A DNA stretch of 63,042 nucleotides, filler included, from Actinomycetota bacterium (GTDB lineage Bacteria; Actinomycetota; CADDZG01; JAHWKV01; JAOPZY01): the NCBI GenBank assembly GCA_025963875.1. It is 4 parts of 4 records of this genome, joined end to end, with 100 filler letters (N's around TTAATTAATTAA, not from the genome) between each part and the next. Parts side by side here need not be neighbours in the genome. Positions count along the whole stretch, not along the records: positions 15,324 to 39,089 come from JAOPZY010000007.1; 3 more parts are not named here. One strand, given 5' to 3'. Position numbers and translations under genes: made by a program. Shown here piece by piece: positions 27,951 through 38,292 of the stretch. The notes beneath the pieces are model-generated. The model made no database searches. It was not told the DNA's origin and saw only the letters and a program-made list of their open reading frames with translations. Positions within the stretch are counted from its first letter, which is position 1. The number at the start of each line of letters is the position of its first letter.

Positions 27951-29431
27951 GTCCCGCCCGGCCCCTCTGGACCTCCACCGCCACTGAGCTGATCGCACTG
28001 CTGCGGAGCGGGGAGCTGAGCGCCACCGACCTCACCCGATCGCTCCTGGACCGCATCGAGGAGGTCGAGGGAGACGTCCGGGCGTTCATCACCCTCACGC
28101 CCGAGGTGGCCCTCGCGAAGGCGAAGGCGGTCGACGACGCCCGGGCCAGGGGCGAGGACCCCGGACCGATCGCGGGGGTGCCGGTCGCCGTCAAGGACAT
28201 CATCGCCACCAGGGGCGTCCGCACCACCGCCGGGTCGAAGATCCTGCACAACTACGTCCCCCCCTACTCGGCGACGGTCGCCGATCGCCTGGAGGCGGCC
28301 GGCCTGCCGATGCTCGGCAAGACGAACCTCGACGAGTTCGCCATGGGCTCCTCCACCGAGAACTCCGCCTGGGTCCCCACCCACAACCCCTGGGACCTCG
28401 ACCGGGTGCCCGGCGGGTCGTCGGGAGGGAGCGCCGCCGCCGTGGCTGCCGGCGAGGCGCCCTGGTCCATCGGCACCGACACCGGCGGGAGCATCCGCCA
28501 GCCGGCATCGCTGTCCGGGGTGGTCGGGCTGAAGCCGACCTATGGTCTCGTCTCCCGTTCCGGGCTCATCGCCTTCGCCTCGTCGCTCGACCAGGCAGGG
28601 CCGTTCGCCCGGACGGTTGCCGACGTGGCCCTGCTGCTGGGTGTGATGGCGGGCCACGACCCCCGGGACGCCACCTCGCTGCCGAACCCGGTGCCGGACT
28701 ACTCGGCGGGGCTGGCCGGCGGTGTGAAGGGTCTACGGATCGGGGTCGTGTCGCAGCTCATGGGCGAGGGCGTGCAGTCGGGGGTGCGGACCCGGATCGA
28801 GGAGTCCATCGCGCTCCTCACGAAGCTTGGGGCCGAGGTGGGGGAGGTGTCGCTGCCGACCTTCGACCTCGGCATCGACGTCTACTACCTCATCGCGCCC
28901 GCAGAGGCCTCGGCGAACCTCGCCCGGTTCGACGGCGTCCGGTACGGCCTCAGGGTCGACGCCGAAGACATCGTGAAGATGAACTCGCGCACCCGTGCCG
29001 AGGGGTTTGGGGCGGAAGTGAAGCGCCGGATCATGCTCGGCACCTACGCGCTCTCCGCCGGCTATTACGACGCGTATTACGGCAAGGCTCAGAAGGTCAG
29101 GACCCTGATAATCCGCGACTTCGCCCGCGCCTATGAGAACTACGACGTCCTGCTGTCGCCGACGTCGCCAACGACGGCATTCGGGATCGGGGAGAAGACG
29201 CAGGACCCCCTCACGATGTACCTGTCGGATGTCTGCACGGTGCCGACCTCGCTGGCGGGGGCGACGGCGATTTCGATCCCGTGCGGCGTGGCGCCGGAGG
29301 ACGGCCTGCCGGTGGGTCTGCAGCTCATGGGCAAGGCCCTCGACGAGGCGACGATCCTCCGGGCGGCCTACGCCCTCGAGCAGGAGCTGGGCCCCATGCC
29401 GCACCCGCTGCTGTGGGGGGAGCCGTCGTGA
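27947..29431 (+). CDS. gatA: Asp/Glu-tRNA amidotransferase subunit A
   Basis: GKTNLDEFAMGSSTENS, GGSSGGSAA, DTGGSIRQPA, RIMLGTYALS. Confidence 0.98.
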   Translation: MSPARPLWTSTATELIALLRSGELSATDLTRSLLDRIEEVEGDVRAFITLTPEVALAKAKAVDDARARGEDPGPIAGVPVAVKDIIATRGVRTTAGSKILHNYVPPYSATVADRLEAAGLPMLGKTNLDEFAMGSSTENSAWVPTHNPWDLDRVPGGSSGGSAAAVAAGEAPWSIGTDTGGSIRQPASLSGVVGLKPTYGLVSRSGLIAFASSLDQAGPFARTVADVALLLGVMAGHDPRDATSLPNPVPDYSAGLAGGVKGLRIGVVSQLMGEGVQSGVRTRIEESIALLTKLGAEVGEVSLPTFDLGIDVYYLIAPAEASANLARFDGVRYGLRVDAEDIVKMNSRTRAEGFGAEVKRRIMLGTYALSAGYYDAYYGKAQKVRTLIIRDFARAYENYDVLLSPTSPTTAFGIGEKTQDPLTMYLSDVCTVPTSLAGATAISIPCGVAPEDGLPVGLQLMGKALDEATILRAAYALEQELGPMPHPLLWGEPS

Positions 29432-30879
29432 GCGATCTGGTCACGACGATCGGCCTCGAGATCCACTGCGAGCTGGCGACGTCCACGAAGATGTTCTGCG
29501 GCTGCGCCGTCGGCTTCGGCGGCGAACCGAACACCCGCGTGTGCCAGGTCTGCCTGGGTCATCCCGGGACCCTGCCCGTACCGAACGAGCAGGCCGTCGC
29601 CTACGCCATCAAGATCGCCGTGGCGCTCGGCTGCGGCATCGCCCCCTCGTCGATCTTCCACCGGAAGAACTACTTCTATCCCGACATGCCGAAGAACTAC
29701 CAGATCTCCCAGTACGACATCCCGCTCGGGCTCAAGGGCGTGCTCGAGGTGACGACCGACGCAGGGACGCGGGCGGTCGGGATCACCCGGGTGCACCTCG
29801 AGGAGGACACCGGCAAGAGCCTCCACATGGGGTCGGGCGGCCGCATCCACGACGCCACGTATTCCCTGGAGGACTTCAACCGGGCGGGCACGCCGCTGGT
29901 GGAGATCGTCACGGAGCCGGACATGACCTCCCCCGAGGAGGGCCGGGCATTCGCGCAGGAACTGCGGTCGATTCTGGAGTACCTCGAGGTATCGGACGTG
30001 CGCCTGGAGGAGGGCTCGATGCGCTTTGACGCCAACATCTCTGTGGCGCCGCCGGGCGAGCGGGGGGCCAAGGTCGAGGTGAAGAACCTCAACTCGCTCA
30101 AGTCGTTGCACCGGGCGCTCGCCTACGAGGAGGTCCGCCAGCGCGAGGTGCTCGGCGGTGGCGGCGCCATCGACCAGTCCACCCGCCACTGGGACGAACG
30201 CTCCGGGGTCACGAGGCCGCTTCGCACCAAAGAGCACGCCTTCGACTACCGCTATTTCCCCGAGCCCGACCTCGTCCCGATCAAGCCGTCGCCGGAGTGG
30301 CTGGAGGCCATCACGTCGGGCATCCCCGAGTTGCCCCCGGCCCGCCGGCGGCGGTTCATCGCCGACTACGGTCTGACCCCGTACGACGCGAACGTGCTCG
30401 TGGCGTCCAGAGCCGCGGCGGACTACTTCGAGGACGCCGCCGCAGCGGCCGCGGGTATCGAGCCGAAGCAGGTGGCGAACTGGCTGGCGAACGACCTGCT
30501 CGGCCGTCTCTCGGAGCGGGGCGAGGACCTGGAGACGACGAGGGTGACGCCGCAGGCCCTCGGTGCCCTCGTCGGCCTGGTGGCCGGTGGCTCCATCTCG
30601 GGCGCGCAGGGCAAGGTCGTGCTGGACGAGATGATGGTGAGCGGCCGCCCGCCCGCCGAGATCGTCGAGGAGAAGGGCCTGAAGCAGGTCTCGGGGCGCT
30701 CCGAGCTGAAGGCGGTCGTCGCCGGCGTGCTGGCGGCGAACTCCGACGTCGTGGATCGCATCCGCGGCGGCGATGCCAAGCCGCAGGGGTTTCTCGTTGG
30801 GCAGATCATGAAGGCCACCAAGGGCCAGGCGAACCCTGCAGTCGTGCAAGAGCTCCTGAAAGAGATGCTGCAAGGTTAG
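29428..30879 (+). CDS. gatB: Asp/Glu-tRNA amidotransferase subunit B
   Basis: IGLEIH.EL, RKNYFYPD, HLEEDTGK, YRYFPEPDL. Confidence 0.98.
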   Translation: MSDLVTTIGLEIHCELATSTKMFCGCAVGFGGEPNTRVCQVCLGHPGTLPVPNEQAVAYAIKIAVALGCGIAPSSIFHRKNYFYPDMPKNYQISQYDIPLGLKGVLEVTTDAGTRAVGITRVHLEEDTGKSLHMGSGGRIHDATYSLEDFNRAGTPLVEIVTEPDMTSPEEGRAFAQELRSILEYLEVSDVRLEEGSMRFDANISVAPPGERGAKVEVKNLNSLKSLHRALAYEEVRQREVLGGGGAIDQSTRHWDERSGVTRPLRTKEHAFDYRYFPEPDLVPIKPSPEWLEAITSGIPELPPARRRRFIADYGLTPYDANVLVASRAAADYFEDAAAAAAGIEPKQVANWLANDLLGRLSERGEDLETTRVTPQALGALVGLVAGGSISGAQGKVVLDEMMVSGRPPAEIVEEKGLKQVSGRSELKAVVAGVLAANSDVVDRIRGGDAKPQGFLVGQIMKATKGQANPAVVQELLKEMLQG

Positions 30880-31087
30880 TTTTCCCTCATATCGGGCCAT
30901 CTGTTCGTGCCTAGCGGTATCGCGAACCGGTCGATTCCGTCGCTTCCGCGCGTCCAAGCATTTTCGGAATGGTGACCGTTGCGTTAACATTTCCCTGTGT
31001 AATTGAAGTGGTTCCAGAGATCCTGGAATCGGTAGTGAACGGGGGGAGCAAAGGCATGAAGGGGCGAGTTTGCGTTGAGGTGGTTGT

Positions 31088-31318
31088 ATGACGCCGGAGG
31101 CGAGGTCCAGACCCGTCGTCCGCGACGAGTACCTGCGAGCCGGCGACGTTGCACGGCTGCTGCACGTGTCGCCCAAGACGGTCGCCCGGTGGGCGACTGA
31201 GGGGAAGTTGCCGTACGTGCGGACCCTCGGCGGTCACCGCCGGTTCGCCGGGCCTCAGATCCAGGAGCTGGTGGACCGTCTGGCCCTCAGCTCACGCACT
31301 GAGGTGCCGCAGCCGTAA
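31088..31318 (+). CDS. bldC: BldC-family MerR-like/excisionase DNA-binding protein
   Basis: L..GDVA.LL.V.PKTV.RWA..GKL...RTLGGHRRF; GAGG RBS. Confidence 0.85.
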   Translation: MTPEARSRPVVRDEYLRAGDVARLLHVSPKTVARWATEGKLPYVRTLGGHRRFAGPQIQELVDRLALSSRTEVPQP

Positions 31319-31493
31319 GCGGCCCTGCAGCACGCTTCTCGGTAGTGGCTTTCGGTAGGTGGCTTCGGGGGGTGCCGCCCGGCCGGGAATTCTGGCCTCG
31401 ATTACACTCGGGGAGGAGAACCGGCCGGCGGGTCCCTTCGTGCGATCCTCCGCCTGGGACCTGAACCCACCCTGGGAACCGGAAGGAGACCGC

Positions 31494-32648
31494 ATGCCGA
31501 ACCGTCCAGAGATCCTCATGACGCCTGGGCCGACGCCGGTACCACCGGCGGTGCTCATCGCCCAGTCCGAACCCCTCGTCTACCACCGCGGCCCGGGTTT
31601 CGGCGCGCTGCTGACGGAGGTCATCGACGGCATCCGCTGGCAGGCCAACGCCAGCGGCGACGTCGCCGTTTACACCTCCTCGGGCACCGGCGGGATGGAG
31701 GGGTCGGTCGCCAACATCGTGTCCGCGGGCGACAAGGTCCTCGTTGTGTCCGTCGGCTACTTCGGCGACCGCTACAAGACCATCTGCGAGCGCTTCGGCC
31801 TCGATGTGACGTTCCTGGGCTACAACTGGGGGCAGGTCGCCAAGCCCGAGGACGTCGCCAAGGCCCTCGACGACAACCCCGGCATCAAGGCGGTCTTCAT
31901 CCAGCACTCCGAGACGTCGACCGGCGTGTGCAACGACATCGAGCCCATCGCCAGGGTCGTGAAGGAGCGGGACAGGCTCTTCGTCGTCGATGCGATCTCC
32001 AGCGTCGGCGCCGTCGAGCTCGACGTCGACGGCTGGGGGATCGACGTCTGCGTCGGCGGGTCGCAGAAGGCACTCGGCGCCACGCCGGGCGTCGCCTTCA
32101 TCACGATCTCGGAGAAGGCCTGGGAGGCCCACAGGAACTCGAACGCCCCGCGGTTCTACTTCGACTGGACCGCCTACAAGGACGCCGCGGAGCGCAAGAA
32201 CCCGGAGAGCCCGTGGACCCCGGCGATCTCGGTGCTGCAGGGCTTCGCCGCCGCCATCCGCATGGCGCGCGAGGAGGGACTGGACAACATCCTCGCCCGG
32301 CACCGCCTGCTGTCGAAGATGGTGAAGGCCGGCGTGCGGGGCATCGACCTGCCGCTGTTCGGCGAGAACCTGGAGCGCTCCCTCATCGTCACCGCCGTGA
32401 AGGTGCCCGACGGCATCAGCGACGAGGCGATCGTCGCCAAGTTGCGGTCGCGCTTCGGCATCGTCACGGGGCCGGGGCAGGGGCCGCTGAAGGGCAAGAT
32501 CTTCCGCATCGGCCACCTGGGCTGGGTCGACCCGCTCGACGTGCTGCGCTTCTTCGGGGCCCTCGAGGTCGTCCTCGCGGAGCTCGGCTACCCGCTGAAG
32601 CTGGGGTCCGGCGTCGCCGCGGCGCAGGAGGTCCTGCTCCAGCCATGA
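31494..32648 (+). CDS. class V PLP aminotransferase (alanine-glyoxylate/serine-pyruvate type; probable SerC substitute)
   Basis: MTPGPTP, SSGTGGME, HSETSTG, VDAISS, GSQKAL; coupled to serA. Confidence 0.92.
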   Translation: MPNRPEILMTPGPTPVPPAVLIAQSEPLVYHRGPGFGALLTEVIDGIRWQANASGDVAVYTSSGTGGMEGSVANIVSAGDKVLVVSVGYFGDRYKTICERFGLDVTFLGYNWGQVAKPEDVAKALDDNPGIKAVFIQHSETSTGVCNDIEPIARVVKERDRLFVVDAISSVGAVELDVDGWGIDVCVGGSQKALGATPGVAFITISEKAWEAHRNSNAPRFYFDWTAYKDAAERKNPESPWTPAISVLQGFAAAIRMAREEGLDNILARHRLLSKMVKAGVRGIDLPLFGENLERSLIVTAVKVPDGISDEAIVAKLRSRFGIVTGPGQGPLKGKIFRIGHLGWVDPLDVLRFFGALEVVLAELGYPLKLGSGVAAAQEVLLQP

Positions 32649-34234
32649 AGGTCCTCGTTCCCGAATCTCTGTCCGAAGAAGGCCTCGCAAAGCTCGGGAC
32701 GGAGACCGATGTCGACGCGCGCAAGCTGTCGCGCAACGAGCTGCTCGAGGCCATCGGCGACTTCGACGCGCTGGTCGTCCGCTCGGCGACCAGGGTCGAC
32801 AAGGAGCTGCTGGAGCGGGCCACGTCGCTGAAGGTGGTCGGCCGGGCCGGCGTGGGCCTCGACAACATCGACGTCGCCACGGCCACCCGGCTCGGGATCC
32901 TGGTGGTCAACGCCCCCACCTCGAACGTGCTGTCGGCGGCCGAGCACACCATGGCGCTGCTGCTGTCGCTCGCCCGCCACATCCCGGCCGCCGATGCGTC
33001 GCTCCGCGCGGGTGGTTGGGAGCGGGAGCGCTTCACCGGCGTCGAGCTGGAGGGCAAGACCCTCGGCATCCTGGGCCTCGGCCGCATCGGCACCCTCGTC
33101 GCCCAGCGGGCGGCGGGCTTCGGCATGCGGCTGCTCGGCTACGACCCGTACGTCTCCAAGCAGCGGGCCACCCAGCTCGGCATCCAGATGGCAGGCAGCG
33201 TCGAGGAGGTGTGCCGCGAGGCCGACTTCATCACGGTGCACCTGCCGAAGAACGCCGAGACCAAGGCGATCCTCGCCGATCCCGAGTTCGCCCTCATGAA
33301 GCCCGAGGCCCGCGTCATAAATGTGGCCCGGGGTGGGATCGTCGACGAGGATGCCCTGGTGCGGGCGCTGAAGGACGGCCTGATCGCCGGCGCCGCCGTC
33401 GACGTGTACGAGAAGGAGCCGCCCGGTCACCACCCCCTGTTCGACCTGGAGCAGGTGGTGGTCACCCCCCACCTCGGGGCGTCGACCGAGGAGGCGCAGA
33501 CCAAGGCCGGCACCGCCATCGCCGAGCAGGTGCTGCTGGCGCTGCGGGGGGAGTTCGCCCCCTACGCCGTCAACGTCGCCGCCGGCGGGGACTTCGGCGA
33601 GGCCCTCCGCCCCTTCATCCCCCTGACGGAGCGTCTCGGGCGGGTGCTCGGGGGCCTGGCCGGCGCGGGTCTGTCGGCCGTGCGGGTCGAGGTCTACGGC
33701 GCCATCGCCGACAACGACACGCGCATCCTCACCCTGGCGGCCCTCAAGGGTCTGTTCGGTGGCTTCGTCCACGAGCCGGTCACCTACGTGAACGCCCCGC
33801 TGATGGCGCAGGAGCGCGGCATCCAGGTCTCCGAGACGAAGTCGGCCACGAGCCAGGACTACGTCAACCTGGTGGTGGTGCGGGGCGAGTCCGACGACGG
33901 GCCGGCCGGCGGTGTCGCCGTCGGCGGGTCCCTGTTCGGCAAGGCCAACGAGGAGCACCTCGTGCGGGTGTACGACTTCTCGATCGACATGGAGCCCGAG
34001 CGCTACCTCTGCCTGCTGCGCTACGCCGACCGGCCGGGGGTCATCGGCAAGGTCGGGACGGTGCTCGGAGCCGCCGACATCAACATCGCGAGCATCAAGG
34101 TCTCCCGGGAGACCATCGGCGGGGAGGCCCTCATGGGGCTGACGGTCGACTCGCCGATCCCGCCCGAGGTTGTGCGGCAGATCGCCTCGGTGGCCCAGGC
34201 CACGCAGGCCCGGTTCATCGACCTCGGATCCTGA
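32645..34234 (+). CDS. serA: D-3-phosphoglycerate dehydrogenase (long form with ASB and ACT domains)
   Basis: VRSAT, RAGVGLDNID, GLGRIG, NVARGG, TPHLGASTEEAQ, DRPGVIG. Confidence 0.97.
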   Translation: MKVLVPESLSEEGLAKLGTETDVDARKLSRNELLEAIGDFDALVVRSATRVDKELLERATSLKVVGRAGVGLDNIDVATATRLGILVVNAPTSNVLSAAEHTMALLLSLARHIPAADASLRAGGWERERFTGVELEGKTLGILGLGRIGTLVAQRAAGFGMRLLGYDPYVSKQRATQLGIQMAGSVEEVCREADFITVHLPKNAETKAILADPEFALMKPEARVINVARGGIVDEDALVRALKDGLIAGAAVDVYEKEPPGHHPLFDLEQVVVTPHLGASTEEAQTKAGTAIAEQVLLALRGEFAPYAVNVAAGGDFGEALRPFIPLTERLGRVLGGLAGAGLSAVRVEVYGAIADNDTRILTLAALKGLFGGFVHEPVTYVNAPLMAQERGIQVSETKSATSQDYVNLVVVRGESDDGPAGGVAVGGSLFGKANEEHLVRVYDFSIDMEPERYLCLLRYADRPGVIGKVGTVLGAADINIASIKVSRETIGGEALMGLTVDSPIPPEVVRQIASVAQATQARFIDLGS

Positions 34235-34381
34235 GCGCCGGGCTGCCGCGTTTCGTGCGGCCCGCTGCCCTGGTTACCCGAAGTAAAATCCGGGCTATGT
34301 CGCGGCCTCCTGCTCGGCTACAATCGTAGACGCCGCAGGGAGGCCCGCGCCTTGTGCGGGTGCGCGTTAGAGGAGGAGTCG

Positions 34382-35299
34382 ATGCCCATCACCCCGGGGA
34401 AATTTATTTGGATGGACGGGGCGCTCGTTCCGTGGGACGAGGCCAAGGTCCATGTGCTCACCCACACGCTGCACTACGGCTCGGGCGTATTCGAGGGCAT
34501 CCGTGCGTACGAGACCAAGCGGGGGCCGGCGGTGTTCCGGCTCACCGACCACATCGAGCGCCTCTACCAGTCGTCCCATATCCACATGATCGACGTGCCG
34601 TTCCGCCCGCAGGAGCTGGTGGATGCGGTGAAGGAGACCATCCGGGCCAACGAGCTCACGAGCTGCTACATCCGCCCGCTCGTCTACCGGGGCTACGGCG
34701 AGATGGGGCTCAACTGGCTCAACTGCTCGGTCAACGTCTCGATCGCCGCCTGGCCCTGGGGGGCCTACCTCGGTGAGGAGGGCTTCACCCGGGGCGTGCG
34801 GATGAAGGTTTCCTCGTGGCGGCGCTACGACCACAACGTGCTGCCGCCGGCCGCCAAGGCCACCGGCCAGTACATCAACTCCAGCCTGGCGAAGGTCGAG
34901 GCGATCAAGGGCGGGTACGACGAGGCGATCATGCTCAACAAGGAGGGCTACGTCGCCGACGCCAGCGGGGAGAACGTCTTCCTGGTGCGCGACGGCGCCC
35001 TGCTGACCCCGCCGCTGTCCGCCTGCCCGCTGGCGGGCATCACGCGGGACTCGATCATCAGGATCGCCACCGACCTCTCCATCCCCGTGTACGAGTCCGA
35101 TATGGCCCGCACGGACCTCTACACCGCAGACGAGGCGTTCCTCACCGGCACCGCCGCCGAGCTCGTTCCGGTCCGCTCGGTCGACGACCGGGAGCTGGGC
35201 GATCCCGGGCCGCTCACCAAGAAGCTGTCCGAGGTGTTCTGGTCGGCGGTCAAGGGAGATCTCGAGCGCTACCGGGCCTGGAACGAATACGTAGGCTGA
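34382..35299 (+). CDS. ilvE: branched-chain amino acid aminotransferase
   Basis: LHYG.GVFEGIR.Y, YIRP, AKATGQY, GENVF, GITR, GTAAE. Confidence 0.96.
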   Translation: MPITPGKFIWMDGALVPWDEAKVHVLTHTLHYGSGVFEGIRAYETKRGPAVFRLTDHIERLYQSSHIHMIDVPFRPQELVDAVKETIRANELTSCYIRPLVYRGYGEMGLNWLNCSVNVSIAAWPWGAYLGEEGFTRGVRMKVSSWRRYDHNVLPPAAKATGQYINSSLAKVEAIKGGYDEAIMLNKEGYVADASGENVFLVRDGALLTPPLSACPLAGITRDSIIRIATDLSIPVYESDMARTDLYTADEAFLTGTAAELVPVRSVDDRELGDPGPLTKKLSEVFWSAVKGDLERYRAWNEYVG

Positions 35300-35317
35300 G
35301 TTCTTGAGGTTTCGTTC

Positions 35318-36100
35318 TTGAGGTTCGCCCGGTTCGTCCGCCCGGGCGGCATCGCCTACGGCATCGTCGAGGGCAGCGACGTCGAGGAGATCTCGTCCAC
35401 GCCCTTCCTGCCCTTCGAGCGGACGGGTGTCGTGCACCCGCTCGCGTCGCTCCGGCTGCTGGCCCCGTGCCTGCCGTCCAAGATCGTCGCCGTCGGGCTG
35501 AACTACCTGGACCACGTCGCCGAGCGCCGGACCGAGCCGCCGGAGGTGCCGATGTTCTTCTTCAAGCCCTCCACGGCGGTGATCGGGCCGGGCGACGCCG
35601 TGATCCGGCCCCCCGCCTGCCGGCAGCTCGACTACGAGGGGGAGCTGGCGGTGGTGATCGGGGCGGTCGCCCACGGCGTCAGGGAGGACCGGTGGCGGGA
35701 GGTCGTGCTGGGGTGCACCTGCGGCATCGACGCCACGGCCCGGGACCTTCAGGCGTTGGACTCGCAATGGGGAAGGGCGAAGGGCTTCGACACCTCGGCC
35801 CCGCTCGGCCCCTGGATCGAGTCCGCCGTCGACCCCGGCGACCTGCGTCTGGTGACCCGGCTCAACGGCGAGGTGCGCCAGGACGCCCGGACCTCGGCGA
35901 TGATCTTCGACGTCGGGGCCCTGGTGGCGTTCGTGACGTCGTACGTGACCATGCTGCCGGGCGACGTCATCCTGACCGGCACGCCGGCGGGGATCGGCTC
36001 GATGCGGGCGGGCGACCGGGTCGAGGTGGAGATCGAGGGCATCGGGGTCCTGGCGGTCGGGGTCCGGGACGGCGTGGCGGCCTTTCCGGCAGGCGCCTGA
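35318..36100 (+). CDS. fumarylacetoacetate hydrolase family protein
   Basis: PSKIVAVGLNY..H, FKP, DYEGEL, ARDLQ, AKGFDT, PGDVILTGTP. Confidence 0.93.
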   Translation: MRFARFVRPGGIAYGIVEGSDVEEISSTPFLPFERTGVVHPLASLRLLAPCLPSKIVAVGLNYLDHVAERRTEPPEVPMFFFKPSTAVIGPGDAVIRPPACRQLDYEGELAVVIGAVAHGVREDRWREVVLGCTCGIDATARDLQALDSQWGRAKGFDTSAPLGPWIESAVDPGDLRLVTRLNGEVRQDARTSAMIFDVGALVAFVTSYVTMLPGDVILTGTPAGIGSMRAGDRVEVEIEGIGVLAVGVRDGVAAFPAGA

Positions 36101-36127
36101 GGAGGGCTCCCGAGTTAGTCTTCGCTG

Positions 36128-37609
36128 GTGACCATCCGTGTTCGGTTCGCACCCGCTCCCAGCGGCTCCATCCACGTCGGCAACGCAAGGACGGCGCTGT
36201 TCAACTGGCTCTATGCCCGGCACAACGGCGGGGTCATGGTGCTCCGGGTGGAGGACACCGATCGCAGCCGGGTGAGCGAGGAGTCGTTCCGGGCCGTGTT
36301 GGATGACCTCCGGTGGCTCGGCCTCAACTGGGACGAGGGGCCGGAGGTGGGCGGGCCGTATGCGCCGTACCGGCAGTCCGAGCGCCTGGACATCTACCGA
36401 GCGGTGGTTGACCGGCTCCTGCTGGCGGGCCTCGCGTACCCCTGCTTCTGCACGCCCGAGGAGCTGGAGGAGCGGCGGAAGGCAGCGATGGCCGCCGGGC
36501 GCCGGCCCGGCTACGACGGGCGGTGCTACCGCCTCACCGACGTCGAGCGGACGAAGTTCGAGGCGGAGGGCCGGCCCTACGTCATCCGTTTCCACGTTCC
36601 CGAGGAGGGGTCGACGACGTTCCGCGATCTTGTCACCGGCCACGTCACCGTGGACCACGCCCAGATCGACGACTTCGTGCTCGTCCGCAAGGACGGCTTC
36701 CCGCTGTACAACCTGGCGGCTCCCGTGGACGACGGGATGATGCACATGACCCATGTCATCCGGGGCCTCGACCTGCAGCCATCGACGCCGCGCCAGATCC
36801 TGCTGCACTACGCCCTCGGCAACGAGATCCCGGAGTACGGCCACCTGCCCCTCATCCTCGGCGCCGACGGCCAGCCGTTGTCGAAGCGCCACGGCGAGGT
36901 GTCCATCGGGTGGTACCGCGAGCACGGGTTCCTGCCGGAGGCCCTCGTCAACTACCTTGCCCTGCTCGGGTGGAGCCCCCGGGACGGGTCCGTGATCCTG
37001 CCCCTGTCCCAGATCGTGGCGCAGTTCCAGATCGAGGACGTGGGCGCATCGCCCGCCCGCTTCGACCTCGAGAAGCTGACGTGGATGAACGGCGAGTACA
37101 TCCGCTCGCTGCCGGACGACGAGCTGCTCCGCAGGCTGGAGCCGTTCCTGGTGCGGGTGGGCCTGGTGTCCGATCCCCCGTCGGCTGCCGAGCGCTCCCT
37201 GATGGCGGCAGTGGTCCCCCTGGTGAAGACCCGGATCGAGCGTCTGGACCAGGCGGCGGCGCTCGTCGCCGGCATCTTCCGGGAGGTCCCCGTGGACCCC
37301 GCGGCCGCCGAGAAGGTGCTGGGGGAGGAGTACGTGCCCGAGCTGCTGGAACGGTCGGCGGCCGCCCTCGAGGGCCTGGAGGCCTGGGACCGGGACGGCA
37401 TCGAGGCGGCGCTGCGGGGCGTGCAGACGGAGATGGGCCTGAAGCCGAGGAAGGCGTTCGTGCCGTTCTACGTGGCGGTCCTGGGCTCCAACGTGGGGGC
37501 CCCGATCTTCGACTCGATGGCGCTGATCGGCCGGGAGAAGGTCCTGGACCGGCTGCGGCAGGTACGGGAGAAGTTCTTCCCGGGGCCGGGAGCCGCCGGC
37601 GGAACTTAG
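36128..37609 (+). CDS. gltX: glutamate--tRNA ligase (likely non-discriminating)
   Basis: RVRFAPAPSG..HVGN, R.EDTD, LSKR; tRNA-Gln and tRNA-Glu follow, gatCAB nearby. Confidence 0.97.
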   Translation: MTIRVRFAPAPSGSIHVGNARTALFNWLYARHNGGVMVLRVEDTDRSRVSEESFRAVLDDLRWLGLNWDEGPEVGGPYAPYRQSERLDIYRAVVDRLLLAGLAYPCFCTPEELEERRKAAMAAGRRPGYDGRCYRLTDVERTKFEAEGRPYVIRFHVPEEGSTTFRDLVTGHVTVDHAQIDDFVLVRKDGFPLYNLAAPVDDGMMHMTHVIRGLDLQPSTPRQILLHYALGNEIPEYGHLPLILGADGQPLSKRHGEVSIGWYREHGFLPEALVNYLALLGWSPRDGSVILPLSQIVAQFQIEDVGASPARFDLEKLTWMNGEYIRSLPDDELLRRLEPFLVRVGLVSDPPSAAERSLMAAVVPLVKTRIERLDQAAALVAGIFREVPVDPAAAEKVLGEEYVPELLERSAAALEGLEAWDRDGIEAALRGVQTEMGLKPRKAFVPFYVAVLGSNVGAPIFDSMALIGREKVLDRLRQVREKFFPGPGAAGGT

Positions 37610-37738
37610 TCGTCTTTCGCGCACGGGCGCGCGATGTGCGCCTGAGTTCGACGTAGGCCGCCTGCTGTGACGCCCCCCGGGGGCATGGGATAATGGAGGG
37701 CCGGGGGATCGCTTGAGCCTTGCTAGACTGGCACCGTT

Positions 37739-37811
37739 TGCCGGGTAGATCAATTGGCAGATCGTTCGGCTCTGGACCGAAAAGTTGAAGGTTCGAGTCC
37801 TTCCCCGGCAG
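37739..37811 (+). tRNA. tRNA-Gln(CTG)
   Basis: Acceptor TGCCGGG/CCCGGCA (U1-A72), anticodon arm TTCGG-CT-CTG-GA-CCGAA, T-loop GTTCGAGTC; CCA not encoded. Confidence 0.95.
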
Positions 37812-37826
37812 CAAGAGGTATGGCAT

Positions 37827-37903
37827 GCCCCGGTCGTCTAGCGGCCTAGGACACCGCCCTCTCAAGGCGGAGATCACGGGTTCGAAACCCGTCCGGGGTA
37901 CCA
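37827..37903 (+). tRNA. tRNA-Glu(CTC)
   Basis: GCCCCGG/CCGGGGT acceptor, CCGCC-CT-CTC-AA-GGCGG, GTTCGAAAC, encoded CCA. Confidence 0.96.
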
Positions 37904-37955
37904 GACATCACCGCGGGTCACCGGCCGTTCACTTTCGGGTGGGTTGGCTCGGCGG

Positions 37956-37988
37956 CATTAATTATCATTAATTATCATTAATTATTAA
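37956..37988. repeat. AT-rich tandem repeat (CATTAATTAT)x3
   Basis: Three exact 10-mers about 50 bp downstream of tRNA-Glu. Confidence 0.9.
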
Positions 37989-38292
37989 GGGCCGTCGACA
38001 CCCTCGAAATGGACACCAGTGCGGTTCGAGGAGGATCCCAATGACCGAACTTGGGATTCAGTATGCAGGAGCAGGCGCAAACGGTCGCAACGGTCTCGCC
38101 CGTACGTAGTCTGGGCCTCGACGGCCTAAGCAGTCGGGGGCTGGCTCGACGGCGCTCACCCTGGACCGAGCCTCCTCAAGCCCCTACTATTCAGGTGTCA
38201 AGGGCGAACATAACCACGTCTTCTTGAAGCGCCTAATCCGGGCGCTATGGTGCTCAGCCGCACACCCAGGGGGGTACGGAAGGGAGACCATC

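Noticed and set aside
31088..31318. Excisionase-like HTH as a prophage or ICE marker
   Set aside because: Matches chromosomal BldC family in core context with no integrase or att sites
27618..37903. gatCAB, gltX, tRNA-Gln (U1-A72) and tRNA-Glu clustering
   Set aside because: The standard indirect Gln-tRNA pathway; well known
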